From Cyclobacteriaceae bacterium (GTDB taxonomy: Bacteria; Bacteroidota; Bacteroidia; Cytophagales; Cyclobacteriaceae), in assembly GCA_036002745.1 (NCBI GenBank), contig DASYTA010000270.1:1-38949 (forward strand): a stretch of 38,949 bases of DNA, given 5' to 3'. The notes beneath the pieces are model-generated. The model did no database searches. It was not told the origin of the DNA and was given only the letters and a program-made list of their open reading frames with translations. This document shows, in pieces, positions 29,054-38,874 of the stretch (its first letter is position 1; the number at the start of each line of letters is the position of its first letter). The position numbers were made by a program, and so were the translations under genes.

Positions 29054-30553
29054 TTAAGGTGAAATCACTGTTGATTGTTGCAAAATATTCAAGCATCGAC
29101 TTAAAATCTCCGGGTTGTTGATAATGACAATACAAAGTTTAAGCCTGGTTCTTGAGACGATTTGAAACAGCATTTTAGTTGGGTGATAATATGGCCTTTT
29201 TTGATAGTTTTTAGTTGATAATGTAACACCTCTATAATAAAAGTGTGCGTCAATCACGGCTGCAACATTGTTAAATTCTTGCCCAATTACTGTATGCGCG
29301 TTGTCGGGCTCCACTTCCACATTATGGTGTTCATATGGATGTGTTGAAATCCTTGACGGTGTATAGTTTATTATCTTCCAGTCTTCTGTTCTTAGCTGAT
29401 ACAAATAGGTTCTGGCTTCTTGATAGTTTTCAAAAAAGCGGATCTCTATATTAGAATACTTGTATTTTTCTATAGGTCTATTCTTGTCAAACAGGCACTG
29501 AATAAATGAAGCAACTTCTTTATTTGTTCGGATTTTAGTTGTCAGTTCAAACGGTTTTGTGGTCACTTCTTTTTCAATTTTCTCCGCTATGTTCTCGTGA
29601 ATTTCTCCCCTTCTTAAAGTCTGGAACCCGTCGTATGAAAAAATGCAATTGTTCGAGTTTTTCTTCACCTCCCTGATTACATGTGTCAATTGAGTTTGGT
29701 AAATCCTTTGCGCTTCATCAATAATAATTAGAAAGTATTTTGATAAATCTTCACTTGTTAAGGTCTTTGCAGGGATAATATTCCAGCCACATTTGTCACG
29801 GAGAGTAAGATGACCGGCGTTCAGGTATCCGCAATGAACTATTAGAGTCTTCTTTTTCTGTAAGATCTCTTTTGCAATATCGAATGTGAGCAAGGTTTTA
29901 CCAGTACCCGCTCTACCCTTTATAGAGAGAATGGAATAAGTTGGAGTGCTCAACTGTTCCAAGGTTTTTTCTTTAATCATTTCCTGATGCGCCGTAAGGA
30001 AGTACTTTCCGTCAATAAATTCTTGGGTTGAATTGAATGGGGAAACTAGATAATTGGATGGGTTAAAATAACTGTCAATGTCTACGATCTTCTTTACAAT
30101 TTGAGAAGCCAGGGTTTCTAAAAGTTGGGTGATGGTCGTTTCTATCAGGCATTGGTCTTCATCAATAGTATATAGTTTTTTGTCTTCTGATACATATGAA
30201 TAATTATATGTCTTTCTTTTCAAGAAACTCAAATAGTATTTATTCCGGATTAGTTGAGTTTTGATTTTTTCATGCGTGCTACTTCTTTTCAACTCAATAT
30301 TGACAACCGATTCATCGTCTATTCTTAGTAGATCGAACTCTTTAGAAATTTGGGGAATTGTATATCCAATGAAGTATTTATCGAAAAGTGTCATTTTTGG
30401 ACTTTGAGATTTCAAATGATTCACCAATACTTCCAGATCTTTCAATTCATCATCTTTGATTTGCACTGAATGATATTCTAAGTATGAGTTAAACAATTCT
30501 GAGCTTAGGTTTTTATAAGCACTGAGAATTGAAATAAGATTAGCTTCTGTCAT
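29054..30553 (-). CDS. PD-(D/E)xK-like nuclease fused to SF1/DUF2075-like helicase
   Basis: EFDLLR...VNIELK; GRAGTGKT; IIIDEAQR; GQEF; SRTR. Confidence 0.8.
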   Translation of the reverse strand: MTEANLISILSAYKNLSSELFNSYLEYHSVQIKDDELKDLEVLVNHLKSQSPKMTLFDKYFIGYTIPQISKEFDLLRIDDESVVNIELKRSSTHEKIKTQLIRNKYYLSFLKRKTYNYSYVSEDKKLYTIDEDQCLIETTITQLLETLASQIVKKIVDIDSYFNPSNYLVSPFNSTQEFIDGKYFLTAHQEMIKEKTLEQLSTPTYSILSIKGRAGTGKTLLTFDIAKEILQKKKTLIVHCGYLNAGHLTLRDKCGWNIIPAKTLTSEDLSKYFLIIIDEAQRIYQTQLTHVIREVKKNSNNCIFSYDGFQTLRRGEIHENIAEKIEKEVTTKPFELTTKIRTNKEVASFIQCLFDKNRPIEKYKYSNIEIRFFENYQEARTYLYQLRTEDWKIINYTPSRISTHPYEHHNVEVEPDNAHTVIGQEFNNVAAVIDAHFYYRGVTLSTKNYQKRPYYHPTKMLFQIVSRTRLKLCIVIINNPEILSRCLNILQQSTVISP

Positions 30554-30587
30554 TGGTACTGAACATCTGTATTTTTGAGTCGTTGAA

Positions 30588-31085
30588 TCATGACTTCTTA
30601 CTGACCAATTCTACTTTAATTTGTCTTAGGAGCTTAATTGTTTCGCTATGGTCTTTACTGACATCTTTGGACACCTGAATTATTACAAATGACAAAAAGA
30701 ATAACATGCATAAAATCATTAAAGTAATTGCCATCAATAAATTAAGATAGTCGCTGAATTCAGGACCATTAACTGTTTTAGAATCTACCTGGGTGAACGG
30801 AGTGAGGGGGAAGAGAAATGCTGTAAATACTACTCCTGCGACACCGAAAACAATCTCAGGACTCAGACCTTTTTTTGCATCGGAATTATATAATTCTATA
30901 AGTGACGAAACTCCTTCTATGGATAGCAAATTCCTAGTCTTAAGAATCTTTTTCAGAATCTTAACTCTTTTTTCTGGCGTAGGGCTCCGACTAAAGAAAT
31001 TAACTATCCTTTGAAAAAAGGTAGTTGATTTTCTACTTCGATTAATCTTTTTTGAGTAGGCACTATTTATATCTTCTATTATCAT
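30588..31085 (-). CDS. Hypothetical 2-TM protein (165 aa)
   Basis: Two hydrophobic segments (IVFGVAGVVFTAFLF; LLMAITLMILCMLFFLSFVII). Confidence 0.65.
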   Translation of the reverse strand: MIIEDINSAYSKKINRSRKSTTFFQRIVNFFSRSPTPEKRVKILKKILKTRNLLSIEGVSSLIELYNSDAKKGLSPEIVFGVAGVVFTAFLFPLTPFTQVDSKTVNGPEFSDYLNLLMAITLMILCMLFFLSFVIIQVSKDVSKDHSETIKLLRQIKVELVSKKS

Positions 31086-31264
31086 TTACAAAACGTTTCA
31101 AGCATGTTAAACTCCGACCTTCATAATGCTTTTATATTCGTTCGAAGCTGAAATGGGTTTTCATCACACCATGGGGATATTCGGAAATATTTGAAACCGA
31201 TTTTAGATTTTATTTCTTCGCTCAAGAAAGTTGGTGTTTTGTTGATTCGGGCATAGTAATACGT

Positions 31265-33547
31265 TTATCTGTACTGAATGAGGTTTTCGGTAAGCTGTTC
31301 TAAACTATCTCTAAGATCAGAAAGTCTGATAAATGATTGCCTGTATTTTTCTTGTTCGTCAACGCTTAGAGGGTTGAGTTTTATTTCTTTGATCTGCAAG
31401 TGAATGTCAGAAAAATAGTTCGTAATTTTTTGATCGGCGTAGTTCTTAATAATAGCGACGTATTCGTCGATCACGCTTTGATACTGCTTTTGGATGTCAT
31501 TGAAGACGATGGCGCTGTGCGCTTTGGTCGTTTCCATTATCCGTGATATTTTTCTAACCCTCCTACTTTCGGCAGAAAAAATTAGGTGTCCAAAAAAACC
31601 GACTAGTGCTCCGACAACTAGCGCGCCAGGGCTTAGAATGGCTGCAAAAAACGCACCTAAAATACCCATTCCGAAGGACTCTGATAAATCAATATCAGGT
31701 ACTTTCATGGACTCAATTGGTGCTGTATTCACGTATCTGGTATCAGTGCTCGCGTTGAGTAGTTCTCTAACTTTTTTTAAATTTCCTTCAATCCAAATGT
31801 CAGCATCATTTTTGAGTTGGTTTTGGAGCCTCAAGTGCTCTTCATTTCCTTCGTTAATTATTTTGTTTACGCCATCAGATAGAAATTTTCTAATCTCAGT
31901 GGCTTTGGGTAAATCCTGGGCAATTGGGTATGACTTTAAACCATTGTGAAGATTGCTAAGTAGCTGAGTCTGTTTGGTCTCAAGAAATAACTCCAGGGAT
32001 TTTTTGATATCTAAATGTTTTATTCGGAATAGATTATTTAGTTCGGGCTGCTTATCGGTAATTTCCTTTATAAGACCTCTTAACAATGCGAGCTTTTCGG
32101 AATCAATTAACCTTGCCTTTAAAATGTCTTCAAAAACATAACTACCCTTCCGAAGATCGCCTACGGTTGAAATAAGTTTATCAATTCCGAGTCTATTTCC
32201 AGTAAGTAAAAACGCCCATAAGTCCTCTTCAAAAGAGTCTAACTGATCAACTTCGTCTGTTCGATTTTTCGGTGACAGCCTTTTATTGAGGCTAAGATTA
32301 GCGCTAACATAATAGAGGTTTTTACTCACTTTATCAGCCAAGTTTAATCTTTGCATATCATGCTTTATCCTTTTTTTTAATTCCTCAAGTCTGTCGGACT
32401 GAAGAACGTCGGTCTTGTTGAAGATCAAGAATATCTTATCAGAAGAAGCTCCAATTTCATTTATGTGTTTTTTGTAATCGGATCTGAAGACGAAACTACC
32501 AGTCGCCGCCGAGGAAACCTCGATGATATAAATTACCGCATTGAACGTTTTTACAAAACTCCACGTATCCTGGAGAATATCATCATCGGGGTCGTCCAAC
32601 CCAGGTATGTCAAAAAAAGAAACGCCTTTCTCCAAACTTTCATTAACCATCGAAATTGATACAAGCTTAACTTTCTTCTCATTGGCAACGTTGAAATCTT
32701 GAGAGGCGAATTGTTTAACTGTGTCCTTCGTAAATGGCTTACTGGTTTTAGTACCATCTTTAAAATATATCTCTATTTGATCTTTGTCACCAGGAATAAC
32801 TTGAATTGCTACGCCGGTAGTTTGCCAAACGCCAACGGGTGAAATGTCTCTCCTTAATAAAGCATTAATTAACGAACTCTTTCCTACTTTAGATGGTCCG
32901 ACGACAGCAACTCTGTAAATTGCTTTTTCAAGATTGCTAGTTAGATTTTTAACGATGTTGCCTGTCGATTCAAATCCAAACTGAGCAGATAGAGAATCAA
33001 AACTTTCTATCCGCTCCTTCACACATTTTTTCAGGTTAAAATAAGTTCCTGGAATTACCGCTTTAGTGTGATTAGTTTTTAAAAGAAGTCGTCGTATTTC
33101 TGATTTAGATTTTGTATTGAATTCATCTGATGAAATAAACTTTACTGATACACTAGTTTTTGTAGACCAATCCGGATTTGTTACACTCAATTCGGAAACA
33201 AACGCGTCGTCAATCCATTTTATGAAAAACTTGTCGAGTTGCTGAACATACAAAACCAATAATACTCTGATGTTTGCAGATGCCCATGATTTAATTTTGT
33301 CAATTTCTATTTTCACTGAATGTCTTTCATTTTTCGAATCAATTTTTGCTGTCGATTTTAATTGAACGTGAAAGAATAAACTTTCCAATTTTGATGATCC
33401 TGCATCGTTTACTTCGTTGCCCACTTGAACAAAGGCATCTACTCCGTAGTCCTTTTGAGCCCAGTTTACTACCCAGGGATCTACAAGTTTCTCAAATTCA
33501 CGTTTTGAGTTGTTCTCCTTTCGATGTGTCGAGTGATATTGGGGCAT
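31265..33547 (-). CDS. DUF4365-like nuclease fused to dynamin-like GTPase (760 aa)
   Basis: DYGVD...HVQLKST; G1 GPSKVGKS, G2 T, G3 DIPG, G4 NKTD; helical stalk with a hydrophobic paddle GILGAFFAAILSPGALVVGALVGFFG. Confidence 0.82.
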   Translation of the reverse strand: MPQYHSTHRKENNSKREFEKLVDPWVVNWAQKDYGVDAFVQVGNEVNDAGSSKLESLFFHVQLKSTAKIDSKNERHSVKIEIDKIKSWASANIRVLLVLYVQQLDKFFIKWIDDAFVSELSVTNPDWSTKTSVSVKFISSDEFNTKSKSEIRRLLLKTNHTKAVIPGTYFNLKKCVKERIESFDSLSAQFGFESTGNIVKNLTSNLEKAIYRVAVVGPSKVGKSSLINALLRRDISPVGVWQTTGVAIQVIPGDKDQIEIYFKDGTKTSKPFTKDTVKQFASQDFNVANEKKVKLVSISMVNESLEKGVSFFDIPGLDDPDDDILQDTWSFVKTFNAVIYIIEVSSAATGSFVFRSDYKKHINEIGASSDKIFLIFNKTDVLQSDRLEELKKRIKHDMQRLNLADKVSKNLYYVSANLSLNKRLSPKNRTDEVDQLDSFEEDLWAFLLTGNRLGIDKLISTVGDLRKGSYVFEDILKARLIDSEKLALLRGLIKEITDKQPELNNLFRIKHLDIKKSLELFLETKQTQLLSNLHNGLKSYPIAQDLPKATEIRKFLSDGVNKIINEGNEEHLRLQNQLKNDADIWIEGNLKKVRELLNASTDTRYVNTAPIESMKVPDIDLSESFGMGILGAFFAAILSPGALVVGALVGFFGHLIFSAESRRVRKISRIMETTKAHSAIVFNDIQKQYQSVIDEYVAIIKNYADQKITNYFSDIHLQIKEIKLNPLSVDEQEKYRQSFIRLSDLRDSLEQLTENLIQYR

Positions 33548-33571
33548 AATGTCTGGTTTAAGTCGACCAGT

Positions 33572-36500
33572 TTAGTCATCAAAAAAAGATCTTTTCAAAA
33601 ATAGCTCTCTTGCCTCTTCCAGAGTTCTCTTTTCTGAGTGGTGAACCATGTCATCGACAAATATTTTGTGCTCAAGATATTTGAGACTTTCAAATTCCCC
33701 CAACCCTTCTTGTATGGCTTTCCACTTACCCAAATAGGTTTCAGAAATATTTATTCTGCCCGAAAAGAATCCGCCTGTAGCCCCCCAATTTATCCTTTTG
33801 AAGTCTTCCAACTTCGAATTGTATTTCAGGAAAATTTTCATAAAGAAAATGACTTCACCTTTCCAAACTTCACAGACTAGATCCATCGCAAGTTTTGCTT
33901 TCGAAAGAATCTTGGCGTTTTTAGAGAGATAGCTAATTATATATTTTTTAAAATCCACATTGCTTTCGCTAAATGTCTCGTTAAGCGTCGTATAAAAATC
34001 ATCAGGGTATATATGTTCTCTTTTTGATAGGAAATTTAAGAATTGAGATGTCAAGGCCTCGAGGTTTGGATGGCCAACCAGGCCTTTTATAAATGAAGAG
34101 TCCTTAGATCCGTGAAAATTTTTTCGTCCAAATACTTCACGACAGAACTCCATCAAAAATGTGTCGTCTTTAGTAATTAACGTGTTAAAGCCTTCCCCTC
34201 GAAAATCGAATGTGTCAACAATTAAATATTGCATTATGTATGCTTTCTTGAGAAGATCTAAAGGAATATCTGTTGCTGCACTTTTAATGAAAAATTCCCG
34301 AGGAAGTATAATCCGACATTTTGATTTCCGCCATTTCTCCAGCAAAAGACTCAAGATTTCCGATTGCACAGTTGATCCAAACGAACCTATCCAAGTGAAG
34401 TCGAAGTAAAATCCTTCGCTTTGATCCTTAATGGTGTCTGTTAAGGTTGTTCTATAATTTGATGCAATTTTATCAGACTTGATATTTTGAATGAAAACAC
34501 CTATCCAATCTACAATAGATTTAAAAGTGTGGTTCTCAATGAAAGATAAGTAGGTGTCGTGTAGATCGCCTTTTTGGGCAAAAAGTGGAATTGTTTGGTA
34601 TGGGACGAAGTTGGCGGGGTTCGCGGTCTTTATTATTCCTTCGAGAATTGTCGCAGTCTTATTTACTTGATCATTTGTGAGGTAATGCTTCGATAGAATA
34701 TCTAAAGAATAAAATAGTCCATGACTGTAGTGATCGCCAATCAGTGGATGCCAGGTATTAACGAATTCTACTAAATCGCTTAATTCCTCCATAGAAAGCT
34801 CACCAAAGTTCTTTATAACTAGATTTGCTTTGTACCTGGTGTATTTTTCGATATCGCCTTTGTAGTTGATCCTTTCGGGATCGCTTGCCCACGAAAGAAT
34901 TGAATACATTTTGAATGTTTTCGAGTTTAAGTATCGCGATCTAATTTTTTGCGCAAGGTCAGATTTGATCTTAAGTTTTAAAATCAGGTTCTCCACCCTG
35001 GCTGCGCTTATTATTTGAACGAGATTGGAAGCATCATATTTGTTTAAAATTATTTTGGACAAATAAGAACTATCATACTGGATAAAATTCTTAATCAAAT
35101 CTATTCGGTGGTCGGCATAATGCGTGATTATGTTTGTGAAGGAATTTGCATCGCCATCAAATTTTTTGAGGATTTGATCCCATATTAACTTTCGATGTCT
35201 CCTTAAGGTTGCATTCAAAGGCGCAGAATGTTGAGCCAAGGAAATCGAGTTCCTCCGACGCATTGGACCATTTGTAGTAAACGTTGAATAGAGAAACTGA
35301 TTTGCAGTACTAAGAAATAATCTTTTATAGAGTGGATCACGATTCCAATTCTTGACAATAAGATTCAGATATTTTCCTTGTTTCTCATAGTTTGGATATG
35401 TGTCATCGCTATAAATCAGTCTGCCATTTAATATTTCTGCTAACTGGGCAAAATGATTCGGAGACTTTTTGACAAATTCAATGAGCAACTGAAGGGCGGG
35501 TAGAAAATCTTTATTATTATAATGAAGAAAATTGATTACCAAACGAAAATGTTTTGACGTTTGATAAATTGAATCAATCTTCGAGTGCGTTTCCCGATCT
35601 TGAACTGATAGTTGTTTAATATGGTTGTCGACGAATTGGAACACTTGATTTTGACAGTAGAACCAGAAACACTCGAAAAACAAAATTTTTTCTTTTTCAT
35701 CCTGAATTGTTTTTAGCTTACCCAGAAGAGAGGTAACTATTTTCTCTTTAATGTTGTCGTAGTCAAAAGTATTGTTTGCCCCTATTACCGCTTCCTTGAT
35801 TTGATTTGAGTATTCAGGAAAGAATTCATGCAGTAAAGAGGTTAGGCTCAATTTTTTCTCTAGTAAAAATGCTTTGTAAAAGGCATATGTTTGAAGGTTC
35901 TGTTCTGTGATTCTGATCAAGTCTCCATCAATTTCAACGAATTCAATATTCTCAAGATCATTTGCAGATTCCCAAAAAGGATTGGCTATCCAGATTAAAG
36001 GAACTGAGTATTTTCCGAGCTTGTTCTGAACTAAGATCAATTGCCGTAAATACAGATAATATTCCAAGACATTTAATATGGCGTGGGGATGAAAATATTT
36101 TTTGCTCTTTATCAATGTTATTGAAGTATTGGTCGAAGATCTCCGTTGCATTTGAAATGCGTTTTAAAGAGTTAGTTTCTTTAGCAACTCGTGCAGCCAT
36201 CAGCGCAATTCTTGGATTCCCTAGTGAGAGGCTAAGTATTTTGTTTACGGCGAGCCGTCCAAAGTTGGCGACGCTTCGAAGGATATCGATTAGCGCTCTC
36301 TCCTCCAATGGAGCAATGTGGTCAATTCTGGGTTTAAGATTTTGTAAGACGTGTTCAAGTTCCTGTCGTGCGTATTCTCTCACTGTGAGAACAAGACGAA
36401 TGGTCATTCCTTCGAGTAATGATTGGGTCATGAGATCTACCATTCGTGCGCACCTATTGGCATCATCAATAAATACTAGGTAGTGTTTGTTGTGTCTAAA

Positions 36501-37271
36501 ATAGGTTCGTACGTCGTCTAATGAAAAAGAGCCTTTATCTTTTAGACAGAATACAATCGTATCCGGATTTTCATTTTGATATTGGCGGATGGCTTCAAGA
36601 GCTAGCTTGGTTTTTCCGACACCAGGGGAGCCCGATAGTATGTATATTGGATTTTCTCGGATGGACTCTTTTGCTCTCCCTAACTCGGTTTCTCGATGAA
36701 GAAATTTGTTTGAAAGTGGCGTGCTGATTCCTCCGTATTCATATTCTCTAATATATTCATCTATTGTCAAGATCTGATTAGTCTCGACGGGCAGACCTAG
36801 ATGCTTGGCTAGAAAAGAATGTCTTCTGATTTCTTTTGCCCAGAAATCAATGTCACAGAAAACTACTTCAATATATTTTGATTTTAATGAAGAGAGAATT
36901 TCGTTCCTCGTTTTAAGTGGTATTGGATGAGATGATGCTAATATGATTTGGCGAATCTCTTCTAACTTAATGCCGGTTTTGATTGAATCTTGACAGTTCA
37001 TTAAGTCGCCGCGCAGTTTTTTAATATACTCCGACTTCTTCTTACTTTCTTTGGTTGTGTATTCAACCAAGATGTACTTCTCATTGTCTAGAATAATTAA
37101 TGTATCAGGTGTACCTTGTTTTGGTGCCTTCTTTCCAACAACAAGTCCAATCGGTTTGATCTCTTTGAATTTAATTTGGGAGCAAAACATAAAATAATCG
37201 TCCCCCAATCTATGGAACGTACTCGCATCAACTTCTAATAGCTTATTCTGAATTGACTCTAGTGACGGCAT
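33572..37271 (-). pseudogene. Restriction-endonuclease-like + STAND NTPase + helical sensor (Avs-like), split by a 1-nt frameshift at ~35974-35978
   Basis: 5' ORF 35958-37271 has GTPDT..VEYTT, GSPGVGKT, IDDAN, LVLTVR and GNPR. Removing one T from TCC TTTTT GG joins it to 33572-36151 as ..SFWESANDLENIEFVE.., giving ~1232 aa. Confidence 0.75.
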
Positions 37272-37448
37272 ATCGGTTGCTCTAAAATTGAATACTGGTG
37301 AAAATTGCTAAGGATAAAACTCAAGTCTTATTTTCCGATTTCATAAGGTTAAGTTCATATTAATTTCTCAACGGTTGCTTCCACAGGGATTAAATTTTTA
37401 AAACATAAAGGCGAAAGGCAGAAAGTTAGTAGGCTAGTGAAGATTGAT

Positions 37449-37487
37449 ACGTGAAAAATACGGGGACACCTACGGGAAAAGTCCCGT
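37449..37487. promoter_or_regulatory. ACGGG-N6-CCCGT palindrome plus a degenerate copy
   Basis: ACGGGAAAAGTCCCGT (37472-37487); degenerate ACGTGAAAAATACGGG (37449-37464); upstream of the STAND gene. Confidence 0.5.
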
Positions 37488-37566
37488 TGCAGTATTCAAA
37501 CAGATTACAAGTCCAAGTGGGGATATGCCGGTTATTAAGTGTCAATGGCACGAGTAAAAGTGGGCG

Positions 37567-37579
37567 CTAAAAAGTTTAG
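37567..37579. promoter_or_regulatory. CTAA-N5-TTAG putative SOS box next to the right-end TnsB sites
   Basis: CTAA-AAAGT-TTAG followed by TA; 4 bp from the innermost TnsB-type site. Confidence 0.45.
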
Positions 37580-37583
37580 TATA

Positions 37584-37653
37584 CAATCCGTGACTATTTT
37601 GAACAAGTCCGTAACTATTCTGAACTAGTCCGCACCTTTTTTGTTCACGCACA
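37584..37653 (-). repeat. Transposon end with three contiguous 21-bp TnsB-type sites (Tn7R-like)
   Basis: Minus strand: TGTGCGT GAACAAAAAAGGTGCGGACTA GTTCAGAATAGTTACGGACTT GTTCAAAATAGTCACGGATTG. Confidence 0.9.
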
Positions 37654-38024
37654 ATGAAATAAGGATATTTCACTTTACCAACGTGTCGCCATTCATAAAA
37701 ACCTGTGCTGGGTAGCAAACAGCGCTTTCCAGTTTTCGTGGAATCCTTGAATGCGTTTGTTGTGTAGGAGTTCTCGCTAACACAATTCAAGGTGTTTGCT
37801 ATTTTCGGGTAATCCTTTGTGGTAGCAAAATGCGGAATAAGCCCCCACTTGTATAACTGAAGCTCTCGGGGTTTATCAGCTGTTAGCACAAGGCCTGGTT
37901 TATAGTCAAAACCGTTTTCATAGAATTGCGCGGAATAAATTTCGGCCATTACTGCAGCATAGGAAGCGCTGTAGTAATTGGCAACATCATCAATGGTTTC
38001 GCGCTGTTGTCTGTGATAACACAT
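37654..38024 (-). pseudogene. 5' part of the resident SRAP gene, interrupted by the transposon
   Basis: MCY start, ENGFDY, WGLIP, RCLLPSTGFYEW, KYPYF. Similarity stops at the TGT end, and the AGL and H-RMP motifs are missing. Confidence 0.9.
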
Positions 38025-38049
38025 ATTGAGTTTTTTAATCTAAAGTAGT

Positions 38050-38874
38050 TTATAAAGGCCGATGCTTTCTCCAACGTCCACGTTCAAAAAAATATTGAGG
38101 ACCTCTTCTTATGAAAACAACCTTTTTTGGTTCCTTCGTGACTGGTTTTTCTTTGCCGCTGCTAATACGACCAACCCAATCGACGAAATTGTTTGTTAAC
38201 GCTTGCCACTCCCCATTTGATGTGTTTGTGATAAAGGCACCACGGGACATGACAGCTAATACAGATTCCTTTCCTAATCGACCAGGAAACAAACAGTAGA
38301 GCGCCCTTCTCTTATCGGCAGGATCTGTGACTGATTCAGCACCGAGGAAGTCAAATATAACCGGAACTGAACTTGTGGTCCATCCAACTGGAAACCATTT
38401 GCCGGGTATGTAGACGAAGTAGATCCATTTTTTAAGGGTAGAACGAAAATCTTTTTGCCAACCTTCAAGGAAACGAACGTAGTCTCTTTTCAAGCGGGTA
38501 CCGTCGACAACCCAGACCATATTTTTATAAAACCTCTCACGAGCGTCTCTTTCCTCATGATCAATGTGTGAGTGTTGAAACTCGATTACCAAGCCATGTT
38601 CAGTGCGAACATCTGCAATATGTCTTTCTCCGGTCAGCTCATCAGGTAACGAGATCTCTTGCCAATGGTCGGGAAACTTATTTTTCCAAGCTCGATGCCA
38701 TTCTGTTTCACTCTCCCACCATCGATCACAAATACTAATTCGTTTATGAGCCCAATGATTTATTTTAACTACTCCGCACTTAGCAATTAACTCTGAACCG
38801 CAGCTGGGACAAATTCCAGCGGCACCTTTGCTTGCTTCAGTTTTGCTACCATCTACAATAGCGAATTTCATCAC
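38050..38874 (-). CDS. CoiA-like nuclease-fold protein (outside the transposon)
   Basis: CPSC...KCG...HWAH...C..WWE.ETEWH..WK; HIADV...VIEFQHS. Confidence 0.85.
   Translation of the reverse strand: MMKFAIVDGSKTEASKGAAGICPSCGSELIAKCGVVKINHWAHKRISICDRWWESETEWHRAWKNKFPDHWQEISLPDELTGERHIADVRTEHGLVIEFQHSHIDHEERDARERFYKNMVWVVDGTRLKRDYVRFLEGWQKDFRSTLKKWIYFVYIPGKWFPVGWTTSSVPVIFDFLGAESVTDPADKRRALYCLFPGRLGKESVLAVMSRGAFITNTSNGEWQALTNNFVDWVGRISSGKEKPVTKEPKKVVFIRRGPQYFFERGRWRKHRPL

Larger units (their letters stand above)
1..37653. mobile_element. Tn7-like transposon (TnsABC + two TniQ/TnsD), apparently complete, ~37.7 kb
   Basis: Starts TGTCCTTAGACAATAAAGTCTCGG. Read on the minus strand from 37653 the other end is TGTGCGTGAACAAAAAAGGTGCGG; the two align at TGT, C11-A12-A13, G18 and CGG22-24. 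Contains a tns operon, and the right end truncates an SRAP gene. Confidence 0.9.

Noticed and set aside
33572-36151. Independent 859-aa gene
   Set aside because: Its first ~58 codons overlap the upstream STAND ORF out of frame; better explained as the frameshifted 3' part of one gene.
37584-37646. 21-bp repeats as a mini CRISPR or iteron array
   Set aside because: No spacers; they match the left-end sites and abut a terminal TGT/ACA.
1-37653. CRISPR-associated transposon (CAST) or other RNA-guided targeting
   Set aside because: No recognisable Cas or TnpB ORF and no repeat-spacer array seen in the intergenic regions; a partner acting in trans cannot be excluded.
37542-38024. 160-aa SRAP ORF with a GLVQNS tandem repeat
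   Set aside because: The tail is read-through into the transposon end; the 7-aa repeat is simply the 21-bp TnsB-site periodicity.
335-38468. Many short opposite-strand or alternative-frame ORFs in the track
   Set aside because: They overlap well-supported genes and show no motifs; treated as shadow ORFs.
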